Assembly: GCF_006345805.1 (NCBI RefSeq)
Contig: NC_043006.1
Location: 55,552,001-55,616,000 of the forward strand
DNA length: 64,000 bases
Direction of reading: 5' to 3'
Origin: Octopus sinensis
Taxonomy: Eukaryota
The number at the start of each line of letters is the position of its first letter. Position 1 is the stretch's first letter. The notes under the pieces are model-generated. The model worked only from the letters and a program-made list of their open reading frames with translations, had not been told where the DNA came from and did no database searches. The position numbers and the translations under genes were made by a program. Positions 1 to 15,278 of this stretch are shown here, piece by piece.

Positions 1-14
1 TGATGATGATGATG

Positions 15-71
<57 letters not shown>

Positions 72-105
72 GTAATAATAATAGTAATAATAATAATAAT
101 AATGT
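1..105. repeat. (GAT)n/(AAT)n microsatellite
   Basis: Direct reading of tandem GAT then AAT units. Confidence 0.98.
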
Positions 106-1134
106 ATGGACGGGATAGCGATACCGTCAGGGGAGGTTATGAAGCAGATAGAAGAGACGGGCTATAAGATATGGATAAATTGATGGAGAAAGAAATGGCA
201 GAAAAAAAATTTAAGGTGGAGTGATTGTGCAGACTGAGACTGATCCTTAAGTCGAAATTAAGCGGACGGAATAAGATTGAAGCTATCACACCTGGGCGGT
301 TTCACTCCTTAGATATGGAGCAGGAATAATCGCATGGACAGTAGGCGAACTAAACAGCTTAAACAGAAAGACAAGGAAGTTGCTGACGAGATATGGGATA
401 CTCTACCCAGAGAGTTACACAGACAGACTTGTATGTACTAAGAAAAAGGGGGAGGGGAAGCGGACTGATTGGATGTGAACACAGCATTAGAGCAGAAGAA
501 AACAATATGGTGGACAAAATGGTGAAACTGTATGGCATATTACCAGTCAATGTACGTTACTAGTCCAGAAATAATATAAGAGACGTCATGACATAGAAAA
601 GATTGTCCATTGGACACTTTGAAATAAGTATGGACTTGACAGAGTAAAAATGTAGTACGAATATAAACCTGAAGGCATCATCGAAAATGATAATGCAAAG
701 ATCCTATGGTATTTTATGATTCAGCGTGACCATGAAATAGAGAATAGGAAACCAGACATAGAGTTAATTCAGAAAGAAAGCAAACGATTTCTGGATCATA
801 GATATAGCATACCCTGCTGACAACAAGGTATGCGATAAGGAAGAAAGAAAAGTCGATAGATATAACAGGTTAGCTTGGGAGGTTCAGCAGTTGTGGTCAC
901 AGAAAAGGTGGTAGTAGTACCGATAATTGCTGGAGCCCTGAGAACAGTGAGTAAAAATCTTGAGAACAAATAGGGGCTGCAATAACGGTGGAGCACTTGC
1001 AGAAGACAACACTGCTAGGATTCACTCTTATACTCCAGATGGTGCTCGAAAAATAAGGGGTGTTACCTTAGTTCACTGGTAGTGAACTGCTGACATGGTA
1101 TTACATCTCCAGCGTTAGAAGCTGTGCAAAGACA
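106..1134 (+). mobile_element. R4/Dong-like non-LTR retrotransposon 3' fragment (post-RT region, CCHC remnant, restriction-like endonuclease), decayed
   Basis: Manual translation across frameshifts: LRLILKSKLSGRNKIEA..LRYGAGIIAW, RLYVLRKRGG.GLIGCE, ETVWHITSQC, HWTL.NKYG, ENDNAKILW, NRKPDIELI..FWIIDIAYPAD (PD..D/ExK RLE motif), VVPII.GAL, HLQKTTLLG. Flanked on both sides by (AAT)n. Confidence 0.85.
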
Positions 1135-1232
<98 letters not shown>

Positions 1233-1250
1233 GTGATAATAATAATAATA
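1135..1250. repeat. (AAT)n microsatellite
   Basis: Direct reading. Confidence 0.98.
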
Positions 1251-1660
1251 AAAGGCTATATATAGTTGTCAGGGATCACCAAGGAAAAAGCCTTTTAATC
1301 GATGTATCAATACCAAGAGATGACAATATATCTCTAAAAGAATTGGAGAAACTCTCAAAATACAAAGATCTGGAATGTGGAGCCTAAAATCAGAAACAAT
1401 CTCTATAATAATAGGTGCATTAGGCATGATTCAAATCATTCAGACAAATACATAACCAAGACATCAGGACTTACGAATGTATATGACATACAGAAAATAG
1501 CACTACTAGGCACCGTACATATCCTACGTAAATCACTTTCAATACAGTGAAAATAAAGGCACCGCAGCAAACCACAGCACGTTACACAGCACAGTTACAA
1601 AAAGATACTAAGAGCTGCGCTCGGTTGTGTAGTGAAATCATGTGATAAAAATAAGACTAC
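1251..1660 (+). mobile_element. Second R4/Dong-like RLE C-terminal fragment plus 3' UTR
   Basis: LLIDVSIPRDDNISLKELEKLSKYKDLE, then after a frameshift MWSLKSETISIIIGALG...IQKIALLGTVHILRKSL*. Bounded by AAT repeats. Confidence 0.8.
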
Positions 1661-1682
1661 TGAATAATAATAATTATAATCA

Positions 1683-2960
1683 AATAAATTTATTAACCAT
1701 AAGGGTTGAAAGACATTGGGCACATTACAGAGAAGAGAACGAGATAAAACATACTGGAGCTTTAGATACACTAAAAATAAAAGTTAAATAGTCATAACAA
1801 ATTACAATTGATGTTTGACCTCCTAGCTACGATAAAAGAAAGCCATAGACCCCAAATTATCCTGACCACTTCAATTACTCCTTCACCAGCCGTTCTAGAG
1901 CAATAGACGCCTCACTCGAGACTTCTTCGTTACTCTCACCAAATTTTCAACAAATTTATAGTCGGTGTGTGGAAAGCACATTCATTTTTATTCACATCTA
2001 TTTACAGTCAGTGGGTGGGAAGTACATTTATTTCTCGCTTCCTACCACGAAAGTTAATGGGAGCTTGGTAGAAAACGAAAATGTTGGGCTTCAATAATTT
2101 CGGATGTGTCTACCACATAACTTCTTTAATCATAACCATCAGACAGGTAAAAACTACAAGCTCTTCGTGGACTAAAGGCGGTTGCAGGTGATCTGTACAA
2201 TGTACTCGGCTTTTAACAGTTTATCGAGCAGTGAGAAAACGTACCTGAAAACCGTTGGCCACATCAGCTTATCAAGGAATCTCTGCAGATGCTATAGCTT
2301 CGCGGAAATCTGTGCGTCATCATCCACGGCATATTGAACACCCACAGAATGTACTGGCTGCGGATGGGCAACATGATCAGTGGAAGGCGTCTTTTCCTCA
2401 AAATGCGGAAGAATAGACGCTACTCCACGTCAGTCGAAAACTAAAGTAAAGCACAATCGTTCAATATAGCTTCCATTTCGGAGTGGGTCTGACTACCCTA
2501 TCCAAAATTTCGTTTATATCTTGGATGTATAAACTGAACCAGATCCCAGTCAATTTAGCCTTTTCCAACCGTCTGCCACCTAACAAAGTTGCCCGATAGT
2601 ATGATAACCGCGTTACAAACCCACTAATATCTCAGGTTAATGTTTACTGCCGTCATGGTCTCGTATTCCTTTAGAAAGTTGCCGACAACCTCGACTTCTG
2701 TGTTGTGCGACAGTATTATGGCGACAATGTCTGCACATACAGATACAGATATCCGGTGTCATAGTTTGAAATCAATAAGATGTAGAATATGAGATCGAAA
2801 TAATACCTGCGTCGTCAAATCACTAAGACTCATGAAGAAGCAAAGGGAAAAGTTCATAAAGCATATATCGAATAGCATCGATATTTACGCTTTCCCATTA
2901 GAATTGGGTTCTGTCGGATAAGTGATACGTCCCAAGAGCACCTCAGGCTTATAACAGTAT
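1683..2960 (-). mobile_element. Tx1/L1-like LINE RT and 3' end fragment, heavily decayed
   Basis: Minus strand reads SVSVCADIVAIILS..KEYETMT.VNIN..KLTGIWFS, colinear with the RT5-7 region of the element at 36.5-39.6 kb. T-rich 3' UTR with AATAAA near 1690. Confidence 0.6.
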
Positions 2961-3007
2961 ATAAAGCGGAAAGCACAAAAATAACAGCCATAATTTGTGT
3001 ATTAAAT

Positions 3008-3360
3008 TGCTTTCAAATTTTGGCACAAGGCTAGCAATTTCATAGAAAAGAGTAGGTCGATTACATCGACCCCAGCGCTCAACTGGTACTCATCTTATCA
3101 ACTCTGAAAGAATGAGAAGTAAAGTTGACCTCGAATGTGAGTTCACCGACTTAATTTGCCACATAATAATGATTTCAAATTTTGGGACAAAGCCAACATT
3201 TTCGTGATATGGGATAAGTCGATTACATTGACCCTAGTGCTCTACTGGTGCATTATTTTATCGACTCCCAAAAGATGAAAGGCAAAGTCAACATCAGTGG
3301 AATTTGAGCTTGGAACGTGAATACAGATGAAATGCTGTGTTAACGATTCTGCGAGCTTGA
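3008..3360 (-). mobile_element. Two tandem tRNA-derived SINE copies (family A: aaggcggcgagctggcag...ctttgcctttcatcc..gtcgataaa..agtaccag...ccttgtgccaaaatttgaaacc)
   Basis: Reverse-complement matches to the well-preserved copy at 41054-41270. Confidence 0.8.
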
Positions 3361-3789
3361 AGATTTAATTTGAAACACAATAATACGAACAAAAACAGAT
3401 TTATATCAATAAAGAGTTAGCTATATCCTACCTAATTTAAATAAATAGCTATTATAAACAAAACTATTTTATCTGGAAGGCGAATTATAAACATTTCAGA
3501 AATTTTATAAACAGAACTAATATATAAATCTGTGAAAATAGAATTCATAGAAAAAAACAAAAACAAAAACATAGAGAAAAGTAAAAAGGGTCGGTATCAG
3601 TAGCGACAGTTATCTTTTAGAGAATAGAATATTGAAATTACTTTATTTTTGTCAGATTTATGTTTTTAAATTTAGATTAAGCGGAATGTGCATGGAGAGA
3701 AATATAACAAAAAATATCACAATAAATGAAAAATCAAAAATATATATGTATGTTTATATATCTACCTCCATTTACTACAAACACACCAA

Positions 3790-5464
<1,675 letters not shown>

Positions 5465-5478
5465 AGTTATTGTTGTTG

Positions 5479-5550
<72 letters not shown>

Positions 5551-5574
5551 TGTTGTTGTTTTATATATATATAA

Positions 5575-5696
5575 AACATCAAATTCATTTTCGCCATAGT
5601 TCAATAAATAAAAACTTAAGAGATTTTAAAATTTGCAAATTTTAAAATCTCTTAAGTTTTTATTTATTGAACTATGGCGAAAATGAATTTGATGTT
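5575..5696. repeat. Perfect 122-bp palindrome (2 x 61 bp, no spacer)
   Basis: 5575-5635 is the exact reverse complement of 5636-5696, centre tttg|caaa, checked base by base. Confidence 0.97.
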
Positions 5697-5794
5697 CATG
5701 ACTACCATACAAAACTACACCTATACATCAAATTTGAAGTCAAATGAAACCAAAGTTGAAGAAATCGAAAAGTGGCAGCCATACAGAAAAGATA

Positions 5795-5882
<88 letters not shown>

Positions 5883-6120
5883 AAGAGGTATTGGTACACA
5901 GAAGACTCAAGGTGGCAAGTAATACTATGTAAGTGCTATGGAAGGACTGTAGTTACTCTCGGCTCGATAATGACAGTGATAATGGAACTGCAAGTTTGCA
6001 TTTTTATTTTTATTTCTATAGTCATTCTTTATTTCCCTATATACACCTTATTTGCTTCCTTTCCAAACTAAATCCTCATATTGAATTCTAATATTTCCCT
6101 GTATTTAACCATCTCACATA

Positions 6121-6169
6121 ATCTCTGATGAAGAAATATCCCTAATATCCCAGAAACAGCTGCAAGACT
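6121..6169 (+). ncRNA. Degenerate type I hammerhead ribozyme motif
   Basis: atct-CTGATGA-agaaatatccctaatatccca-GAAAC-agct-GCA-agact. Palindromic stem III ACAGCTG(T), with cleavage triplet GCA instead of GUH. Confidence 0.5.
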
Positions 6170-6229
6170 TTCTCTTTATAAATGTCCTGGAAATTCCACA
6201 CAGCCTTGGCTTTGTTGTCTCATTATATT

Positions 6230-7483
<1,254 letters not shown>

Positions 7484-7619
7484 GCAGAACAGGAGAGATA
7501 CAGGGGGAGAGATAGAGGGATAGAGAGTGAAGGGAGAAAAAAAAAACATCCATCTGGATATAATATTTTGGGTGCATAAAATAGTACAGAAAAAAATATA
7601 AAAGCATATGTCATTTTCA

Positions 7620-9830
7620 TTATTCAGGCAGTGTTTGGTTAGTGTCTTTCTATGGATTGCTGGGATGGTAGTTCCGGTGATTTTAGTATTGTTTTATTTT
7701 ATCCAGGTTTGGCTGGTATTTTCGAATTAGGTATTTTCCCTTAGCCTTACGAAAATGTTCATTTTCTGTTCATAGTTTGAAGAAAGGGAATATTTTGAAT
7801 TTTCTTTTCCCACATTTGCAAGTTGTGTTTCTAACGGAAGGGTCATGGTTTTGTTGTTTATGTACCCTTAATCTCTTATATAGTTCAATGTCAGTTTTAC
7901 TAATGTAGTATTCTTTGTATTCGGGGCATTGGCACAGTAAATTAGGTTTCTGGATTTGCAATTCATATTTCCATTTATTTTTAGAATGTTGCTGTCTTTA
8001 AAAGTAATTTCTTCTTCTTCGTCACCGTAATCACATGTTCCAGAACGAGGGTCACCACATTTTTGAACTCTCTTTGTTGTTCTCTAGTTGTAAATCTTGT
8101 TTGAGTTAAGAGCTTTTCTTTAGGTTGGGTGCTTCACGTCTGAATCTGTTATTAAAATTGTTCATTTATGATGATTGTTGAAGTACTGGAGACACTTTTT
8201 GCGATATTGATGATGTCGTGATTTCTTGGGTTGGGTGTGATGACAAAAGGAGTGCTTATGAGTCTGTATTTTTATTATTGTATGTCTGTTTTCCTCTGAC
8301 GTCTGTAGTTGGGATGTTTTTCGCCTGGTAATTGCTGGATCAATTAATCTAGTGGGATACTTTTAATTCTTGTAATCTTTTATCCCCTAATTCTGCATCT
8401 TTTACCATAGCGCAAATTCATATCGCCATATTAATGGGTATGTTTCTTTTAATATGTGAGGGATGGGAGTAACGTAAGTTCAAATATTGGTGTGTCTCTG
8501 TAGGTTTGTGGAAGAGATCTGTTTTTATGGTGTCATCTTCTTTAATTAGAAGTATGTCTAAAAATGCTAATTCCTTTGTGTGCTGTTCCATACTGAATTT
8601 CATTGAGGTATGTAAATTATTTGAAAGTGAGTGAAAGATTCCTAAGTCTTGTTGCCTTTTGGTACAAAATATAAAACTGTCATCCAAATATCGTTTCCAA
8701 TTTTTTTAATATAAATCGAGAATTGTTCGTTAAATGTCTCTGTTCGTTGGAAACAGAGTTTGACCTCTAAGAAGCCCATTACGAGTATTGCGAAAGTGGG
8801 GGATAGCTTTTCCCCCATCACCATCCCTTTCATTTGTAAGTAGAAGTTGTTGAAGAAGAAATGATTATTTCCCAGTATTAATTCTAATCCTTCTAAAATG
8901 AAAGTGTTTGAGAATCTTTCCATGATATGATTCGGGTGCAGAAATTTATAGCTTCAATTCCTGGGTCGTGTAGGATATTGGTGTAAAGACTAGTTACATC
9001 GAAGCTAACAAGAATTGTCTCCTGGTGGACACTTTTAGGTATGTAGTTTAAAAAGTCCATATCGTCCCGGACAAATCTTGGTGTAATGTTGCATAAAGGT
9101 TTTAAAACTATATGTATTAAGATGCTGGTTCTGCAATGATTGCGTGTAATTTCAGGTCTCTGGTTGAATTGTTTCCTTTTATTTTGTCTTTCTTTTGATT
9201 TATGGATCTTAGGTAATCCATAGAAATTACTGGTTTTTACTTCAAAATTGGTTAAATAATTAACTTCATTCCCAGTTAGGTTATTACGATATTTTAAGAC
9301 CAATCCATGTTTCTCGCTCATGGCCTTTTTATCTTCGTTTTGGTTTAGCTTCTTGTGGAAGTGTTGGCCATTAAGTTGTTCCCTAAACATATATCTGTAA
9401 TGGTCCTTGTCCATGATAACTATTGCTCCACCTTTGTCAGCTTCTTTGAAAATTATCGATGAATCTCTTTGCAAATTTGTTAAAGCTTCCAACTGATCTT
9501 TAGATAAGTTGGGTTTACATTTCCTCTCTGTCAAAAGATCGTTGTAGGTAGCTAATATATTCTTCTAACTTTTAGTCTCTGTATAAGGGAGGTCTGAACC
9601 CTGTTCTGTTTTTAACCAGTGATTTGTCTGTGTATCCAGTATTTAAAAAAAATTCTCTCAGTCGTAATTTCCGTCAAAATTATTCTGTCTTTTATGAGTT
9701 CAGCTTCGTTGGGTTTTGGAGTGGGTGTAAATTTCAATCTATTTTCCAGAAGTTTAATTTCTTCTTTAGATAATTTCTTAGTGGATAAATTTAGTATTTC
9801 CGTTTTGCTTGTGCTTTTGTTTTCTAATGT
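7620..9830 (-). mobile_element. Penelope-like element body, decayed (N-terminal domain, RT, GIY-YIG)
   Basis: ILNLSTKKLS..LKFTPTP, IIFKEADKGGAIVIMD, FYGLPKIHK, LVSFDVTSLYTNI, YLQMKGMVMG.KLSPTFA, W.RYLDDSF, FLDI, TDLFHKPT.THQYL, CPEYKEYYISKT..L..RLRVH; several frameshifts. Confidence 0.92.
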
Positions 9831-9881
9831 TTTTCTCTCTCTCTCCCCGCCTCTCTCTCTTTCTATATATATATATATATA

Positions 9882-10260
9882 CTTTATTTTAAGCAGCAGA
9901 AAATTCAACAAAATCTGTTACTCTGAGTTTCTCGTTGCCGTTCATCAGACAGTTTTTGCTAGAATGGAACATATATATAAATTCAATCTATACTCTTACA
10001 AACGCTACACCTTTAAAAGAAATGGACTTGTTTGATTGGCCCTTTTGAAAAAACGGTCAATCTTCGAGCGATAAACAAGATTGACCGTTTTTTCAAAAGG
10101 GCCAATCAAACAAGTCCATTTCTTTTTAAAGGTGTAGCGTTTGTAAGAGTATAGATTGAATTTATATATATGTTCCATTCTAGCAAAAACTGTCTGATGA
10201 ACGGCAACGAGAAACTCAGAGTAACAGATTTTGTTGAATTTTCTGCTGCTTAAAATAAAG
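9882..10260. repeat. Near-perfect inverted repeat: 183/184-bp arms, 12-nt spacer
   Basis: 9882-10064 vs 10077-10260. The only difference I found is one homopolymer A/T length; spacer cgagcgataaac. Confidence 0.97.
10184..10233 (+). ncRNA. Minimal type I hammerhead ribozyme motif (mirror copy at 9909-9958 on the minus strand)
   Basis: caaaaactgt-CTGATGA-acg(gcaa)cga-GAAAC-tcaga-GTA-acagattttg. Stem I pairs 9 of 10, stem III ACTC/GAGT is quasi-palindromic, cleavage triplet GUA at 10221-10223. Confidence 0.75.
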
Positions 10261-10379
10261 CATATTACTCTACCACTGGTATTTGAGTACTCTTTTTTCC
10301 ACCTTGTTTCACATTTATGTGTTTACTCCGGTATATATATATATATAGATCTTAGATAAGTATATCCCTATATTAATCA

Positions 10380-10850
10380 ATAAATTAAAACTTAGCTTAT
10401 GGTCTAATTCTTTTCAAATTGTTGATTGGTTTTCTTCTATTGCTAATAAGGTTAACACTAAATTTATTCAGTTTGATATATCTAGCTTGTATTCATCAAT
10501 CAACCCTATTATACTCAATACGGTACTCTGGCATGCACACAATAAAGGAGGTCTCTCTAGAGAGGAAATTAATGTGGTACTGACTCCATATTGGCGCTTC
10601 CTCTTTCCATTTATCTAAGAGAATTTCCAATCATTATTCTTCATTTAGGGATAGCAGTAAACGTAATAGCACAGGGTTAAGTAAATCGGTTTGGTATCTT
10701 AAAGACAACAATAAGGATTTTAAGTTAGATTGCTTCATCCTATCTATCTCTTTCCCTTATGACAAGGGCAAAGGATTTTGTAACATTTGCAACTCGGAAC
10801 TCTTTCATATTCTCTTCTCTAATAATCACCTTGTTAACACACTTATAGAG
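10380..10850 (+). mobile_element. Internally deleted Penelope-like fragment, possibly Naiad-type
   Basis: FIQFDISSLYSSIN (RT motif) joined to NHYSSFRD..RNSTGLSKSVWYLKDNN..PYDKGKGFCN.CNSE, the C-terminal pattern I associate with Naiad-type PLE endonuclease tails. Confidence 0.55.
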
Positions 10851-11434
10851 TGATCTTACAAATGTAAGCACTGGCAGAACCATACCTTTAGCTCATATAA
10901 GTGATTTTTACCACTCTGTATAGTTTGAATATCTAGTTCACCTTGCACATTACTTCAATAGAGAAATCTACTTCCATGCCTTTGAAAATTTTTTCAACCA
11001 ATATATCCCTCTTTATTTGTTCTCTACTTATTATTTCTTTACCTCTTCTCTTCCTATGATCTGCCTTTCGCGTCAGATCTACTAATGGTTTTTAAAAAAT
11101 ACTTAATAGCGTTCTGTTTATCATTTATCCAATCATCAAAATTATTATTGTCTTTCTTTCCTGATGAAAAGATTACATTATTTTACACCGTTTATTTCTT
11201 TGGGATAAAACCAATGTTGTCTTCGAAACATATGTCGAAAGTAAAAGAATTTGAATAACACCTGCGTTCAACTCCATTTATTTACTTATACTATACAAAT
11301 TACTGCACATTATCCAGGAGTTTCTATCTTTGAATAGGTCGCTACATCCTTGTTACTCGCGTGAACTTTGCTACCCTGGTAACTGGTTCTTGAATTTTCC
11401 GTGTTAACAGTAACAAACAATAATTCATTCATCC

Positions 11435-11471
<37 letters not shown>

Positions 11472-11480
11472 CTATATATC

Positions 11481-11512
<32 letters not shown>

Positions 11513-11526
11513 TATACATATATATA

Positions 11527-13304
11527 TTTTTATTTTATAGAAGGAGCTTCTACAGCACTAGAACTGTTTCATTCAAAAAATCATCAGGAAGCTAGTAGAC
11601 AAGAGTTGTTTTGGCATTTATACATTTAGGCAGGTTTAAATGGGTAGTGGTGGGGACTTTTTTTTGGGGGTAGCATGGCGCAAAACTGTCATTATTAAGG
11701 GGAGTGGTCAAAGGAATCGGTGGAAAGTAGATAAAAGAATAATAAAGAATAAAAAATAAAAAAATATAAAATAGAAAAATAGGCTTTTTAGCAAGGCAGG
11801 AGACTCCCCTTGTACCATCCTATATATATATATATACACATATATACACCCGCATATTCACATATATCTATATATATACATACCATACCCACACATACAT
11901 ACATATATATATACATATATACACATACATATACACACATATATACATACATATACCATATATATACACACACACCCATGCACGCACACAACAGACACAC
12001 ATATACATACACATACATACATATATGTATACCCACCTCGCACAAACATATACAAATGCACATACACATGCACACACACACACACACCCCTTACTCTCCC
12101 ATTTAATTTTATTATTACTACCCCTGTCTATATCTCTATCTTTATTTCCATCTTGACCGGTCAATCGGTCTCAAGGGACGATCCAAGTCTCCATCCCTCT
12201 ACTTACCTACACGAACGCAAGCACCCACCCACGCCACACACCGACACGCACACATCACACGTACGTGCCCACATCCATACGCACACATCCACATACACTC
12301 ACTTACACCCACATACACGCCACCCACACACACAAACACCCCCAACACACCCACAGAAGACCAGTCCATGTGTTATATTCATACACGCATAATCTACACA
12401 CATTCACGTATATTCACATACACGCATACACATACATACCTCAACACACTCACAGAAGACCAGTCCATACACATACCCAACCAATATATACACACATACA
12501 TGCCCAACACAACACATACATACATATACATACACATTCCACATATATATATACATATATAATACTCATCACCAATATACATACACCAACACTCACCATA
12601 TATACACACACACATACATATACATATACATATACACACATATATATATATATAAAAATGGGAGAGTAAGGGTGTGTGTGTGTGTGTGCATGTATGTGCA
12701 TTTGTATATGTTTGTGCGAGTGGGTATACATATATGTATGTATGTGTATGTGTATGTATATGTGTGTCTGTGTGTGCGTGCATGGGTGTGTGTGTATATA
12801 TATGTGTATATGTATGTATATATGTGTATATATGTATGTGTATGTATGTATATATATATGTATGTATGTGTGGGTATGTATGTATATATATAGATATATG
12901 TGAATATGCGGGTGTATATATGTGTATATATATATATATATGTGGATGTACAAGTGGGAGTCTCCCTGCTTGCCTAAAACCCTATTTTTCAATTTATATT
13001 TTTTTATTTTTTTATTCTTTTATTTATTCTTTATCTACTTTACCACCGATTCCTTTGACCACTCCCCTTATAATGACAGTTTTGCGCCATGCCTACCCCC
13101 AAAAATAGTCCCCCACCACCACCCAATTAAACCTGCCTAAATGTATAAATGCCAAAACAACTCTTGTCTACTAGCTTCCTGATGATTTCTTTTGAATGAA
13201 ACAGTTCTAGTGCTGTAGAAGCTCCTTCTATAAAATAAATTAATTTACTCTGCTATGTATTGAGTACCTTATTTACTGTGGTTAACCCCGACTCAAACCC
13301 GGGA

Positions 13305-13310
<6 letters not shown>
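11527..13310 (+). mobile_element. Non-coding fold-back element: ~575-bp inverted arms (about 11527-12103 and 12657-13231), CA-rich spacer, ~75-nt 3' extension, flanked by (TA)n
   Basis: Arms align as reverse complements with mostly 1-nt indels. The extension ttactctgctatgtattgagtac resembles that at 10261-10330 (ttactctaccactggtatttgagtac). Confidence 0.85.
13173..13223 (+). ncRNA. Type I hammerhead ribozyme motif (mirror copy at 11545-11593 on the minus strand)
   Basis: agcttc-CTGATGA-tttcttttgaat-GAAAC-ag(ttctagtg)ct-GTA-gaagct. Stem I is a perfect 6 bp, stem III ACAG/CTGT, GUA at 13215-13217; stem II is short and imperfect. Confidence 0.8.
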
Positions 13311-13383
<73 letters not shown>

Positions 13384-13467
13384 ATATACATATATATACA
13401 TATATATATGTATGTATATGTATATATGTATTTATGCATTTATACACACACACATATATATATATAC

Positions 13468-13502
<35 letters not shown>

Positions 13503-13700
13503 TGTATGTATGTATGTATGTATGTATGTAGTATATGTATGTACTCACATACCCGGCAACGCTGGTCACCTACCTGAAATATAAATAGAACTGTTTCAGC
13601 ATATGTGTGTGTGTGTTATACATTCCATACATACATACATATATATATATATATTATATATATATATATACACATACATACATATATAAAAATATATATG

Positions 13701-13739
<39 letters not shown>

Positions 13740-14139
13740 TATAATATACCATATATATGCCATGCATTAGAGACTTGCCTTTATGTAGTTTCTGTTGAGT
13801 TGAAATCATCTTTTGGTGTGCAAACAACACACACACACACACACGCATGTACACACACTCACGCACAGATACATGCACACAGGCACATGCACCCCCACCC
13901 ACACAGCCACACAGCCACACACACGCAAAGATGATTTTGATTAAACAGAGACTAACTGGCCGAAATTTCGAAGTCACTGTCAACAACATTGTTGTATAAG
14001 AATAATAACTTGTGCTCTACAAAAGTATAGAGTTATCCAGCTGATTAACGTCAAATTCTTTTTCTTATAAACTGAATATAAAAACAAAAATTGATGCCTA
14101 TCTCCCACCTATCTCTCTGTCTCTTTCTCTCTATATATT

Positions 14140-14370
14140 CATATGTATGCCTTCAAAATGTGACCGCATGTGTACCGTTGGCGGTTTTTTTCCTCCGTCT
14201 TCCCTTCCTTGGATCTTTCCTTTTCCTATGTTTCTGACAAAGAGCTCCGCTCGAAACGTTAAGTCCTCCTTCTTTCTTTCCTTTCCTGAGCGTCCAATAA
14301 ACCTATACTTGTTCCACGTCTCCTCGCGTTTGTTGTGTTTTTTTCTCTTTGTGTTTTCATGTTTGGATTA
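14140..14370 (+). mobile_element. Solo Penelope pLTR fragment with hammerhead-like core at 14231-14263
   Basis: ctgacaaagagctccgctcgaaacgtt and cctgagcgtccaata match the pLTRs at 15803-16396 and 22050-22658 in the opposite orientation. Confidence 0.75.
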
Positions 14371-14386
14371 AATATGTATATATATT

Positions 14387-14437
<51 letters not shown>

Positions 14438-14451
14438 GTAATATATATATA

Positions 14452-14483
<32 letters not shown>

Positions 14484-14572
14484 ATACATATACATACATA
14501 ATATATATATACATATATATATATACATGCATATACACATATATATATACATCCATACATATATATATAGAT

Positions 14573-14616
<44 letters not shown>

Positions 14617-14800
14617 GTACCATGCATTAGAGTCTTGTCTTTATGTAGTCTCTGTTGGGTTAAGATCATCTTTGGGCGTGCAACCGACACACACACGCAC
14701 ACGCATGTACAAACACTCACGCACGCACACACCCACCCACACACATACGTACACACGCGAAGATGATTTTGATTCAACAGAGACTAACTCTGATGCATCG

Positions 14801-14843
14801 CAGTCCGACGATGGCTTAGCTGGCCGGAACTTCGAAGTCCCTG
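14801..14843 (+). ncRNA. Degenerate hammerhead motif (partial sister copy at 13957-13979)
   Basis: cagt-CCGACGA-tggcttagctggcc-GGAAC-ttcgaa-GTC-cctg. The sister copy keeps GAAA and GTC-actg, which pairs with cagt. Stem III ACTTCGAAGT is a perfect palindrome. Confidence 0.55.
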
Positions 14844-14858
14844 TCAACAACATTGTTG

Positions 14859-14912
<54 letters not shown>

Positions 14913-15170
14913 AATATATATATATATATAAATATGTGTGTGTGTGTAAGTGTGTGTATTTAATTTTTCATCTATTGTTTTTGTAGTTTTGGGGTATTTC
15001 ATCTTAGACATTTGCGTCTGATCTAAATTTAAATCTGACAAAAATGATGAAATTTTAATATTCTCTTAAAGATAATCGTAGCTATTAATATCATTTCTTT
15101 AATTTTCTCTTCTTTTCTTTTATCTTTCAACTTGATTTTTACACACACAAACACACACACACACACAAAT

Positions 15171-15213
<43 letters not shown>

Positions 15214-15278
15214 TATTGTTTCTATTATATAATTTATAACATGTCTATAATTGGCCTTGAGATTAGATATTTTGGCTT

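Larger units (their letters stand above)
13745..14860 (+). repeat. Two diverged direct copies (about 13745-14010 and 14615-14860) of a ~260-bp non-coding element
   Basis: Shared ccatgcattagag.cttg.ctttatgtag, CA-rich middle, aagatgattttgatt.aacagagactaact, and ttcgaagtc.ctgtcaacaacattgttgtataa. Confidence 0.85.
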
